From Pseudodesulfovibrio piezophilus C1TLV30 (GTDB lineage Bacteria; Desulfobacterota; Desulfovibrionia; Desulfovibrionales; Desulfovibrionaceae): a stretch of DNA of 32,000 nt. This document shows positions 8,461 to 16,305 of the stretch, piece after piece; the stretch's first letter is position 1; every line of letters starts with the position of its first letter. Position numbers and translations under genes: made by a program. A model generated the notes under the pieces. It saw nothing but the letters and a program-made list of their open reading frames with translations. It was not told the DNA's origin and did no database searches. Where the stretch lies: contig NC_020409.1 of the NCBI RefSeq assembly GCF_000341895.1, forward strand, positions 2,730,001 to 2,762,000. The letters are read 5' to 3'.

Positions 8461-8482
8461 CTGTTAAAGGAATGTTACAGGA
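8461..8482 (+). promoter_or_regulatory. tandem 11-bp direct repeat, candidate OmpR/PhoB-type binding site
   Basis: CTGTTAAAGGA / ATGTTACAGGA are 9/11 identical with 11-bp phasing. This is the architecture of a Pho box (7-bp repeat plus 4-bp spacer). It lies 53-74 nt upstream of the regulator start, in a divergent intergenic region. Confidence 0.3.
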
Positions 8483-8549
8483 GAGTAACTTTATCGAGAC
8501 GAAATGTCATATTCTTTTCTTTTGGTTGGAAAAGAAGCTTTTAGCTGCT

Positions 8550-8579
8550 TTGAGTCGATGCGTCTTGTAAGGATATAAT
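8550..8579 (+). promoter_or_regulatory. candidate sigma70-type promoter for the small AT-rich transcription unit
   Basis: TTGAGT (8550-8555), an 18-nt spacer, then a perfect TATAAT (8574-8579). Confidence 0.35.
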
Positions 8580-8691
8580 CGACTGTAATCGTGTATAAAA
8601 AATCTCAAAATTGCCCCTTAAGGGAAGTCTCGACCAGACCGATAAGGTATGTAAGATCAATTGAAAGAACTCACCATGGACGGAGAGGCAT

Positions 8692-8907
8692 ATGTATTAT
8701 CACGGATTTGACAAGAAATTCCCTTCGGGTAGCAAGTATTGGACACTATACGACGATCAGCTCATTGGCATGCTGTTTTCAAAGATAGTGAACAAGACAA
8801 TGAGTGTGGAAAATTGTGAAACGGATTCTGAAGAGTTGTTGGGTGAGATGGTCCAGAACCTTTTTGACCTCTGTTTCTACATCAATAAGGATTTTCACGA
8901 CTGCTAA
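8692..8907 (+). CDS. hypothetical small acidic protein (71 aa)
   Basis: The ATG is preceded by GGAGAGG (8682-8688). The ORF lies between a promoter-like element and a strong terminator, in a region visibly more AT-rich than its neighbours. I recognise no family. Confidence 0.3.
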   Translation: MYYHGFDKKFPSGSKYWTLYDDQLIGMLFSKIVNKTMSVENCETDSEELLGEMVQNLFDLCFYINKDFHDC

Positions 8908-9000
8908 AGTCAATTTCATTGGGATACGGAGGCTGGTAAAGAGTTGTCAGCGATACTTTTTGGCTTGGTACCGCTTTGACGGTTTGTGAATCCATTTGCA

Positions 9001-9039
9001 GAAAAGCCCGGCGTGACCGGGCTTTTCTGTTTTCTCTTT
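9001..9039. terminator. bidirectional rho-independent terminator (small + strand unit and the - strand aminotransferase)
   Basis: 11-bp stem GAAAAGCCCGG / CCGGGCTTTTC with loop CGTGA. A T-rich tail TGTTTTCTCTTT follows on the + strand, and the A/T-tract symmetry allows function on the - strand. Confidence 0.65.
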
Positions 9040-9060
9040 GTGAATGTGAAAATGAAAGGG

Positions 9061-10227
9061 TTATGAAATGGCCAGGCTTTTTTTTACAGCCTGGATGACA
9101 TCCAGAACATCCTGGTCAGTCAGTTTTGCTGAGAGCGGGAGGCTGACTGTCTGCCGGCCGAGTCGAACTGCATGAGGGGTGTCTTCCAGTGTCCATCCAA
9201 ATCGTTCTCGATAGTATGGTTGCTCGGGAATCGACAAGTAATGGACGCCAACACCGATGTTTTCGTGTGTCATGCGGATAAGGAACTCATCTCGTTCCAC
9301 TCCGCATGAGTCGGGGTCTATAAGAATCGTAAAAAGATGCAAGGCATGGCGGGTGTCTGGCTCTTCGGGGGCAGGCAGGCCGATAGGAAGGGCTTTGAAG
9401 GCGTCCATGTACATATCCCACACATGGCGACGGCGAACATGGTATTCCTCTACCCGTTTAAGTTGATGAATACCGATAGCTGCCTGGATGTCCATCATGT
9501 TGTATTTGAAGCCGGCTTCAACAACCTGATAATGTTTGTAACCGTCATCCGAGAACCGCTTCCATGCATCGGCGGACATGCCGTGCAGACCAAGAATCTT
9601 GACGTGTTTGATGTCTTCTTCCGAGTTGGCCATGACCATGCCGCCTTCGCCGGTGCAGACATTCTTGGTGACATAGAAAGAGAAACAGCCGAAATTGCCA
9701 AATGTGCCGACATGCTGTCCTTTGTAAGTCGTTTCTATGGCATGGGCACAATCTTCTACGACCTTGAGATCATGTTCCGTGGCGATGCTCATGATAGCAT
9801 CCATATCACAGGCTCGGCCTGCGAAGTGGACCGGCAGGATGGCTTTGGTTCGTTTCGTTATTTTTGCCCGAATCGATTCCGGGTCAATATTCATGGAAAC
9901 AGGGTCGACGTCTGCAAGAACAGGGGTGCATCCCGCATGAATAATGGCATTGACGGACGCGCAAAATGTCAGTGGGGTGGTAATGACTTCATCGCCGGGT
10001 TTGAGGCCCAGTGCCACCAGGCCGAGGTGGAGCGCGGCAGTGCATGAGTTGCAGGCTGCTGCGTGACCGGAGCCGAGATATGTGGCAAAATCACTCTCAA
10101 ACTTGGCGACCTTGGGACCGGTGCCGAGCCACCCAGCCTCCATGGAGGCGACGACTTCATCGATTTCGTCCTGCTCTATGCGGGGTGATCCAAAAATGAG
10201 AAAATTATTTTTTGAGCGAACTGGCAT
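9061..10227 (-). CDS. DegT/DnrJ/EryC1/StrS-family PLP-dependent sugar aminotransferase
   Basis: 388 aa with family-typical blocks (FESDFATYLG, NSCTAALHLGL, FSFYVTKNVCTGEGG containing the PLP lysine, GFKYNMMDIQAAIG). AAGGAG lies 9 nt upstream of the ATG at 10227. Confidence 0.85.
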   Translation of the reverse strand: MPVRSKNNFLIFGSPRIEQDEIDEVVASMEAGWLGTGPKVAKFESDFATYLGSGHAAACNSCTAALHLGLVALGLKPGDEVITTPLTFCASVNAIIHAGCTPVLADVDPVSMNIDPESIRAKITKRTKAILPVHFAGRACDMDAIMSIATEHDLKVVEDCAHAIETTYKGQHVGTFGNFGCFSFYVTKNVCTGEGGMVMANSEEDIKHVKILGLHGMSADAWKRFSDDGYKHYQVVEAGFKYNMMDIQAAIGIHQLKRVEEYHVRRRHVWDMYMDAFKALPIGLPAPEEPDTRHALHLFTILIDPDSCGVERDEFLIRMTHENIGVGVHYLSIPEQPYYRERFGWTLEDTPHAVRLGRQTVSLPLSAKLTDQDVLDVIQAVKKSLAIS

Positions 10228-10433
10228 GTTCGAAAAGCTCCTTGAAAAGGGTCATGTTTAATTCGCGAGAACTAGCAGATTCCCTTGAGCTGGTAAATGG
10301 TGGCATGACGGCATTTTTTCGTGACAAGTGTGTCATGTATGCAAGCCGGAGTTGCGCTTTGAACAGGCATCCGTTATGAAACACAGCCGGTCCAATCCCG
10401 GACCGGGGTAAAAGTTCTGATACGAGGTACCGC

Positions 10434-10808
10434 ATGATCAGACCAGATTTCAAGAAAATGAATGGGCTTGTCCCTGCCATTGCACAGGACGCCGAAACCG
10501 GCGAAATCCTGATGATGGCCTATATGAATGAAGAATCGTGGGAAAAGACCCTGGAAACCGGCGAGGTTCACTACTGGAGCCGCAGTCGTCAGGAGTTGTG
10601 GCATAAGGGCGGTACCTCGGGCCATACTCAGAAGGTGAAATCCATTCGCATCGATTGCGACGATGACACCTTGGTTCTTCTCATAGATCAAATCGGTGGA
10701 GCTGCCTGTCACAAAGGCTACCGTTCCTGCTTTTTTCGTGAACTCAAGGATGGAGAAGTCTCTGAATGCTCTCCGTTCGTTTTCGACCCTCAAGAGGTAT
10801 ATAAATAA
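10434..10808 (+). CDS. hisI: phosphoribosyl-AMP cyclohydrolase (monofunctional HisI)
   Basis: [24 protein letters not shown]...[20 protein letters not shown]...IDCDDDTL...[13 protein letters not shown]. Confidence 0.9.
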   Translation: MIRPDFKKMNGLVPAIAQDAETGEILMMAYMNEESWEKTLETGEVHYWSRSRQELWHKGGTSGHTQKVKSIRIDCDDDTLVLLIDQIGGAACHKGYRSCFFRELKDGEVSECSPFVFDPQEVYK

Positions 10809-11686
10809 TGTCTGAACAATTCCTTCGACTCGGCGTTCCCAAAGGCTCTCTGCAAGATGCAACTCTGAAACTGTTTGCCAAGGCAGGATGGAAGATCAAG
10901 TTGCACAATCGTAACTACTTTCCTGATATTGACGATGATCGTATCAAGTGCTCTTTGGCTCGCGCTCAGGAAATGTCCATGTATGTGGAGAATGGAACTT
11001 TCGATGTCGGGCTGACCGGCATGGATTGGATCAAGGAAAATAAATCCGATGTCGTGATCGTGGATGATCTGATCTATTCCAAGGTCTCCAACCGCAAGGC
11101 CCGTTGGGTGCTGTGCGTCAAGGGGGATTCTCCCTACAAACGCCCGGAAGACCTCGAAGGCAAGAAAGTTGCCACTGAATTGATGGGTTTCACCAAGGAA
11201 TACTTTGCTTCACAGAACATCAATGTGGATGTCTCTTTCTCTTGGGGCACCACCGAGGCCAAGGTTGTCGAAGATCTGTGTGACGCCATAGTGGAAATTA
11301 CCGAGACCGGAACCACTATCCGTGCGAATGGCTTGCGTATTATCGCCGAATTGATGCAGACCAATACGCAGCTCATCGCCAATAAGGATGCATGGGAAGA
11401 TCCCAAGAAGCGGAAACTTATCACGGAAATCAATATGTTGCTTCAGGGCGCACTCAAGGCCGAAAAAATGGTTGGTCTGAAGATGAACCTGCCCAAGGAA
11501 AAACTGGCCGATCTGAACGGGTCATTGCCATCTCTCAACTCTCCCACCGTTGCTGAATTGCAGGACCCCAACTGGTTGTCAGTGGAAATCATGGTCGAGG
11601 AAATGGTTGTTCGCGACTTGATTCCGAGACTGGTGGAGTTTGGCGCGGAAGGTATCATTGAGTACCCGCTGAATAAGGTTATCTAA
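10808..11686 (+). CDS. hisG: ATP phosphoribosyltransferase, long form
   Basis: 292 aa. LRLGVPKGSL at the N-terminus, ITETGTTIRANGL, and a C-terminal regulatory domain. The start overlaps the hisI stop (TAATG). Confidence 0.9.
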   Translation: MSEQFLRLGVPKGSLQDATLKLFAKAGWKIKLHNRNYFPDIDDDRIKCSLARAQEMSMYVENGTFDVGLTGMDWIKENKSDVVIVDDLIYSKVSNRKARWVLCVKGDSPYKRPEDLEGKKVATELMGFTKEYFASQNINVDVSFSWGTTEAKVVEDLCDAIVEITETGTTIRANGLRIIAELMQTNTQLIANKDAWEDPKKRKLITEINMLLQGALKAEKMVGLKMNLPKEKLADLNGSLPSLNSPTVAELQDPNWLSVEIMVEEMVVRDLIPRLVEFGAEGIIEYPLNKVI

Positions 11687-11713
11687 GCATCACCAATGTC
11701 CTCGCGGGCTGCG

Positions 11714-11771
11714 AGAGACAAAGAAAAGACCGGAGAAGCTTCATGGCTTCTCCGGTCTTTTCTTTGTCTCT
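11714..11771. terminator. bidirectional terminator between convergent hisG and rsmG
   Basis: 26-bp perfect stem AGAGACAAAGAAAAGACCGGAGAAGC (11714-11739) / GCTTCTCCGGTCTTTTCTTTGTCTCT (11746-11771) with a 6-nt loop. A/T tracts sit inside both arms. Confidence 0.7.
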
Positions 11772-11784
11772 GAAAGAGCATTTT

Positions 11785-12558
11785 TTACAGAGTGGAGAGC
11801 GACCAGAAATATCGCTGAGAACCGGCAGCAGGATAGCTTTTGACCTCAGTGAGTTCCCAGCCTTGTGGCAATGCTTCTTTTTCAGGTGGTGGGTCATTTG
11901 CCAGAATAACGACCACACCATTGTCAGAAAGCATGGGGTGGATGAAATCGAGCAGTTGCCGCCAGGGCATGAACGCCCGGCTCAGGATGAGGTCAGCTGT
12001 TGGCGCATGTCCTGACTGGTGCAGCTTTTCAAGGGCATCTTCTGCCTTGCCGTGAAAGACGTAGGTCTCAGGCAAGGAGAGTTTTCCCAGCACGGAGCGC
12101 ATGAACAAAGCGCGTTTTTCCCGAACTTCAATGAGCCAATAGCTACCGTCGTGCCATAGGGCGCGAAGCGGAATGCCGGGCAATCCGGCTCCTGCCCCCA
12201 GATCAAGGCAGAGTGGATTGGGAGTGAGGGGGAGACTGGGCAGGAAATGAGCAAGGAACAGGGAATCAACCACTAGGGTGTCGAATATATCTTTCCACCG
12301 GCAAGGGCCGACAAGATTCATCTTCCTGTTCCATTTGGTGAGCTGCTGAAGATAGGCGGCAAGGGGTCTGGCTTCGGATTTGAATATTGGTCGGCCAAGC
12401 TCTTTGGCAGCGGTGATAACATCCATTTGAGTCGGGTTTGCATTGGGCATGGCATGGCAATAAGGACTTTTGCTGCAAGAATCCAGAAAATCCTGCACGG
12501 ATGGATGAAGAAAGGGAGCCTTCATCCGGGGCATGATGAAGGCTCCCCGGACGGGCAT
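11785..12558 (-). CDS. rsmG: 16S rRNA (guanine527-N7)-methyltransferase RsmG (GidB)
   Basis: LQQLTKWNRKMNLVG, SAM site LDLGAGAGLPGIPL, and WLIEVREKRALFM. The start is uncertain. The ATG at 12534 has GGGGAG 8 nt upstream, and the ATGs at 12450 and 12426 would give a more canonical length. Confidence 0.85.
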   Translation of the reverse strand: MPVRGAFIMPRMKAPFLHPSVQDFLDSCSKSPYCHAMPNANPTQMDVITAAKELGRPIFKSEARPLAAYLQQLTKWNRKMNLVGPCRWKDIFDTLVVDSLFLAHFLPSLPLTPNPLCLDLGAGAGLPGIPLRALWHDGSYWLIEVREKRALFMRSVLGKLSLPETYVFHGKAEDALEKLHQSGHAPTADLILSRAFMPWRQLLDFIHPMLSDNGVVVILANDPPPEKEALPQGWELTEVKSYPAAGSQRYFWSLSTL

Positions 12559-12699
12559 GGCTGGTGATTCGTATCTGGAACCACCAGCCTGAGTGTGACG
12601 GGCTTACGCATCAGGTGATGACTGCCTGGGCCAAGTATACAGTCTTTTCAGGCTGAAATGCTTTGACTTAAGTCAGGGGTTCAACGGTCGAATCCAGTC

Positions 12700-14175
12700 T
12701 TAGGGCATGCCTTTCATGACAACCATGGTCAGATCATCCTCTTGGGCGGAGCGGTTGGTAAAATCTCGTACAGCCTGATCAAGTGCGTTGAGTATCTCGG
12801 CGGAAGTTCGGTGTGCAGTGTGCCGAAGAATGTTTTGTACGCGTGAAGCTCCGAACATTTCGCCTGCTTCGGAATGAGCTTCCCACAGTCCGTCTGTGCC
12901 GATAAGGATGATTTGCGATGGAGAAGGGAAGGGCATGGAGTGTTCATGGAATTGCCATGTTTCTTCAACTCCCAATGGGATATCATGTCCCTTGAGTTCC
13001 GAGAAATGGTCAGTAGTTGCATCATAGACCAGGGCAGGCTGGTGCCCGGCATTGACCCACATGGTCATTCGCGTGACAGGGTCCAGGAGCATGGAAAAAA
13101 GGGTAATGAATCGACCTGATCCATCAAGGTCTTTGACAAGGTGCCGATTGGCATCTGCGATGTTTTGCGATGGGGCACCCGGGGAATGAGTCGACTGGCG
13201 GATGAGGGCTCTTCCCGCCGCCATAAGCAGGGCGGCTCCTATGCCATGGCCTGAAACATCTCCGACGATGACGGTGGTCAATTCACATCGATCAGCCTGA
13301 CATCCTATGAAGTCATAAAAATCCCCGCCGGTTTCGTCGGAAAAGTGAGCGGCTCCGGCGATATCGAGACCTGGGACTGTGGGTGCGGTGCTGGGAAGAA
13401 AGTGCTGCTGTACCTCCTGGGCGATGAGGAGTCCTTCTCGCATGCGGACGCCTTCGCGCAGGGCTGAAATCATGGTGTTGGTGTGTCCTGCGATAACGCC
13501 AAGTTCATCGCTTGTAGCAACCGGAACCCGTTGGGAGAGATCTCCATTGGTGACGTTCTCCAGAATTCTGGTTTCATTGTCAAAGAGCAGGCGGAGGTTT
13601 CGGGCATATGAGAAGACAAGATTGATGACCATGCAGAGCAGGAAGCCCATGACGAATATGATTTCAACGAGGATGGAGCGGCCGAGCATGGCAATGGACG
13701 CTGTGTGCACGTCCTGTTCTGCCAGCCAATTGACGTCGCGGATGAGAACCAGCAAAATGATGCTGGTGATGAGAATCAGAATAGTGGTCGCGGCCAGGGA
13801 AAAACGTCTGGTCAAAGGTGTCAGACGTTGCGGAGGTTCAAAAGGCCCCTTGCCGGAGAGTGCTGTTCGGATAACGGTTTGCTCTCGCGCCAGGGAGAGG
13901 TCGAGCGCAGCAAAAAGTCCGACTGTAAATATACCGAGGACGAGTTTGATGCCACTTTGCATCAAGGGAAAATCATGGATGACCAGCAGAATGAAGGCCA
14001 TGGCTATTCCGCCGATGAGGAAAAGTGATATCTCCAGTCGAAATTGCATCACGGATTGTCTGATGGGCGGGGTTCGCCTCAGCCACCAGTGCTCGCATAT
14101 CCCTCGCGCCAGGTAGACGATGGTCATCGGGATCAGTATAATTACTCCGAGCTCCCAGACCGGGAGCTGAACCAT
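12700..14175 (-). CDS. membrane sensor HAMP domain / PP2C-type (SpoIIE/RsbU-like) serine phosphatase
   Basis: The N-terminal ~190 aa are polytopic membrane. A HAMP-like segment follows (ENVTNGDLSQRVPVATSDELGVIAGHTNTMISALRE), then PP2C motifs (GGDFYDF, VIVGDVSGHGIGAALLMA, GTDGLWEA, EDDLTMVVM). Confidence 0.85.
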   Translation of the reverse strand: MVQLPVWELGVIILIPMTIVYLARGICEHWWLRRTPPIRQSVMQFRLEISLFLIGGIAMAFILLVIHDFPLMQSGIKLVLGIFTVGLFAALDLSLAREQTVIRTALSGKGPFEPPQRLTPLTRRFSLAATTILILITSIILLVLIRDVNWLAEQDVHTASIAMLGRSILVEIIFVMGFLLCMVINLVFSYARNLRLLFDNETRILENVTNGDLSQRVPVATSDELGVIAGHTNTMISALREGVRMREGLLIAQEVQQHFLPSTAPTVPGLDIAGAAHFSDETGGDFYDFIGCQADRCELTTVIVGDVSGHGIGAALLMAAGRALIRQSTHSPGAPSQNIADANRHLVKDLDGSGRFITLFSMLLDPVTRMTMWVNAGHQPALVYDATTDHFSELKGHDIPLGVEETWQFHEHSMPFPSPSQIILIGTDGLWEAHSEAGEMFGASRVQNILRHTAHRTSAEILNALDQAVRDFTNRSAQEDDLTMVVMKGMP

Positions 14176-14181
14176 GAGTGG

Positions 14182-14268
14182 TCAGACCTGCCCGCCATAG
14201 ATTGCTCCGCCGAGAACCGTGAGCAGGTAATAAGCGAAAGCCCGTCTCGGGAACGCTGCCAATTTCAT
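14182..14268 (-). CDS. candidate 28-aa hydrophobic micro-protein upstream of the phosphatase
   Basis: Read by hand, since it is below the ORF-track cutoff: MKLAAFPRRAFAYYLLTVLGGAIYGGQV. AGGAG lies 6 nt upstream of the ATG. The TGA stop is 6 nt before the phosphatase ATG, which lacks an SD of its own. Confidence 0.3.
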   Translation of the reverse strand: MKLAAFPRRAFAYYLLTVLGGAIYGGQV

Positions 14269-14379
14269 GAGGTGCTCCTGTTTTTTCTCTATCCCTTTGC
14301 CATTGGACACAATCTCGTTTAATCATGATTGTACCATGACAGTGGTGAATATGTCTTCTCCAGCAAGGTGGTTATTATA

Positions 14380-14985
14380 ATGAAAAAGATTCTTGTTCTG
14401 ATATGGGTCATGACACTCCTGCTGCCCGTGACTGCAAGGGCTGGCGGTACGCTTCCCATGACTTTGGCGGGGATATCCTTGGGAAAGGATGTCAACACCT
14501 ATTCGGAATGTTGTGACATGACCTTGGCAACCCCCATCCCGGATGCTCCTTTTTTGAGCGAAGTCCATCTGACGCCCCATTTTATCCCCGGCATACGGGG
14601 GGGAAGTCTGACATATGGCAATTGTGCCAAGCCTGGTAAATTGGTGCGTATCAAGCTCAAGTTCAATGACAGGAGTCAGGACCTTTTTGAGCGGCTGCTC
14701 AAGCGATACAAGAAGGTCTATGGCAAACCAGATAGTTACGAGGGGGATGCTTTTCGGAATATCATTGGTTGGAAATGGAATTTTCATCAGGGGGATGAGC
14801 GGGTTTCCCTGTTGCTCATGTGGAGTCGTGACAAGGAAATGCGTCCCGGAGTTTCCATAAAGATGTCACTGACATCCATGATTGATCGTGAATATCAATG
14901 CTTTAGGGATGACTATGAGGCCATGGAAAGAAGTCATGGTGGGCCTTCTGTCATTCGGCATCTTGATGATTTTGTTGCCAAATAG
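14380..14985 (+). CDS. hypothetical secreted protein (201 aa)
   Basis: The ATG at 14380 is preceded by AAGGTGG. Sec-type signal peptide MKKILVLIWVMTLLLPVTARA. I recognise no family. Confidence 0.6.
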   Translation: MKKILVLIWVMTLLLPVTARAGGTLPMTLAGISLGKDVNTYSECCDMTLATPIPDAPFLSEVHLTPHFIPGIRGGSLTYGNCAKPGKLVRIKLKFNDRSQDLFERLLKRYKKVYGKPDSYEGDAFRNIIGWKWNFHQGDERVSLLLMWSRDKEMRPGVSIKMSLTSMIDREYQCFRDDYEAMERSHGGPSVIRHLDDFVAK

Positions 14986-15014
14986 CATGAGTAGAGAGCA
15001 CGCGACGGATTAGA

Positions 15015-15929
15015 ATGCATGAATATTGTTGGAATGGGATAGGACTGACTGTCCCTGACGGGTGGGAACCGGCGGCTCTTGAGCGGGATGGTTTTCTGCT
15101 GGAAAGCAGGGGAATCCCGCGATGTGAGTTGAAATGGCGTGTCATTCAAGGGACTTTTTCTTTTTCAAAACATCTCAAACGGCTGGTCAGAAGTCATAAG
15201 GGCGTGCAGGTCCGTGCTGTCGCCTTGGATGAAACGCCGACAGCATGGCAGGATTCCGTCCGGCGGCTGGAAGAGTCGGGGATGCGTCTGCATTCTTTTT
15301 TTTGGCAGGGAGAAGGGGGTGCCGGGCTTGGTGCTGTCATGCACAATCCCGCCTCGGGGCTTGCGGCTCTCACCCAGTTTTTCATTGCCAATGATACCGA
15401 TGAAGTTTGTGCTTCCCGTGCGTTGGCAACATTCAGGGACTACTCCGGAGGGAGGACAGTGCCATGGGCCATGTTCGGTTTGCGCGGTCGGGTTCCGGCC
15501 GAATATGTTCTTCAGACATTTTCCTTCAAGCCTGGACACTACATGGTGCGATGGTGGTTGGCGAAATCGCCGGATAGATCAGGACGACCGCCGACCGGCA
15601 AAGGGTGTGGCACGTCTCTGGTCTTTGAACGATTTGCTCCGGCATCCATTCTTCTCAAGGGCACGACCCTTGACGAATGGACGCGGAGCGTGGTTGACGA
15701 GCGATTGCCTCTGTCCATCCCGCTGGAAGGGGATTCGGCTCATGTGCTTTGGAAAGGAGCGGCGCGAGCGTCCTTTTTACGGACTTTTTTGCGACGGACA
15801 GTCCTGACTCGCGGTCGGGTATGGACAACAGAGACACAAAACGCCATCCTTGTTGTTCGAGCCAATGGGGTGCTTCCGATACGGTCCGAACATTTCAACG
15901 CCATCTGCGAGTCGTATGAGCTTGTCTAA
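15015..15929 (+). CDS. hypothetical cytoplasmic protein (304 aa), family not recognised
   Basis: Long ORF with coding-like composition, 29 nt after the upstream gene. Its last 14 nt overlap the start of the PqqD-like gene. Confidence 0.6.
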   Translation: MHEYCWNGIGLTVPDGWEPAALERDGFLLESRGIPRCELKWRVIQGTFSFSKHLKRLVRSHKGVQVRAVALDETPTAWQDSVRRLEESGMRLHSFFWQGEGGAGLGAVMHNPASGLAALTQFFIANDTDEVCASRALATFRDYSGGRTVPWAMFGLRGRVPAEYVLQTFSFKPGHYMVRWWLAKSPDRSGRPPTGKGCGTSLVFERFAPASILLKGTTLDEWTRSVVDERLPLSIPLEGDSAHVLWKGAARASFLRTFLRRTVLTRGRVWTTETQNAILVVRANGVLPIRSEHFNAICESYELV

Positions 15930-16305
15930 AAAACGTCCTGTGCGGCCAGTTCTCTCACGCGAAGAAGCTCTGAGCATGATCCCGGTCCGTAATGCGGAAG
16001 TTGAGGAGACCGTCCTTCCCAATGCTGCGGTGCAGCTTGCCTACCCGCTCGCAGTCAAACCGTGGTTCGGACGCCTTGCCGAATCCGTGGGGCTTTGGGA
16101 TAAACGGCCCATGACCAAGCGGTTGGAGCTTGATGAGATGGGCGCTTTTGTCTGGCAGCAGATTGATGGGCGACGCTCTGTTCGGCAGATCGCCAGTGCT
16201 TTCGTGGAGCAGTATCAGGTGCAGGTGCGTGAAGCGGAACTCAGTGTCACTGCTTTTATCAAGACCATTGGTCAGCGCGGAATCATTGGTTTGGTTGGCG
16301 ACTAA
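15916..16305 (+). CDS. PqqD-family (RRE-type peptide-binding chaperone-like) protein, 129 aa
   Basis: LELDEMGAFVWQQIDGRRSVRQIASAFVEQYQVQVREAELSVTAFIKTIGQRGII matches the PqqD-family pattern (L-N-x-x-G-x-x-I/V-W-x-x-I/L-D-G-x-R-S/T-V-x-x-I...). The ATG at 15916 overlaps the upstream stop. Confidence 0.7.
   Translation: MSLSKKRPVRPVLSREEALSMIPVRNAEVEETVLPNAAVQLAYPLAVKPWFGRLAESVGLWDKRPMTKRLELDEMGAFVWQQIDGRRSVRQIASAFVEQYQVQVREAELSVTAFIKTIGQRGIIGLVGD

Noticed and set aside
8985-9003. TTGTGAATCCATTTGCAG as a Rex-like site
   Set aside because: The right half matches only 4/7, and the site overlaps a terminator rather than a promoter.
9337-10047. 236-aa ORF antisense to the DegT aminotransferase
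   Set aside because: It is a shadow ORF. The sense strand has full-length, motif-complete DegT homology.
10228-10433. Possible his-operon leader peptide or attenuator upstream of hisI (hairpin CCGGTCC-AATCCC-GGACCGG at about 10387-10406)
   Set aside because: There is no run of His codons or leader ORF in any frame, and no alternative terminator/antiterminator pairing is evident. It is probably just promoter or 5'-UTR structure.
12661-12700. tRNA-like T-loop fragment (GGTCGAATCC) in the gap between the phosphatase gene and rsmG
   Set aside because: The T-loop lacks one T relative to GGTTCGAATCC. No acceptor, D or anticodon arms can be built around it.
13379-14116. 245-aa ORF antisense to the PP2C phosphatase
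   Set aside because: Arg/Ser/Met-rich junk translation. The sense strand has complete HAMP and PP2C motifs.
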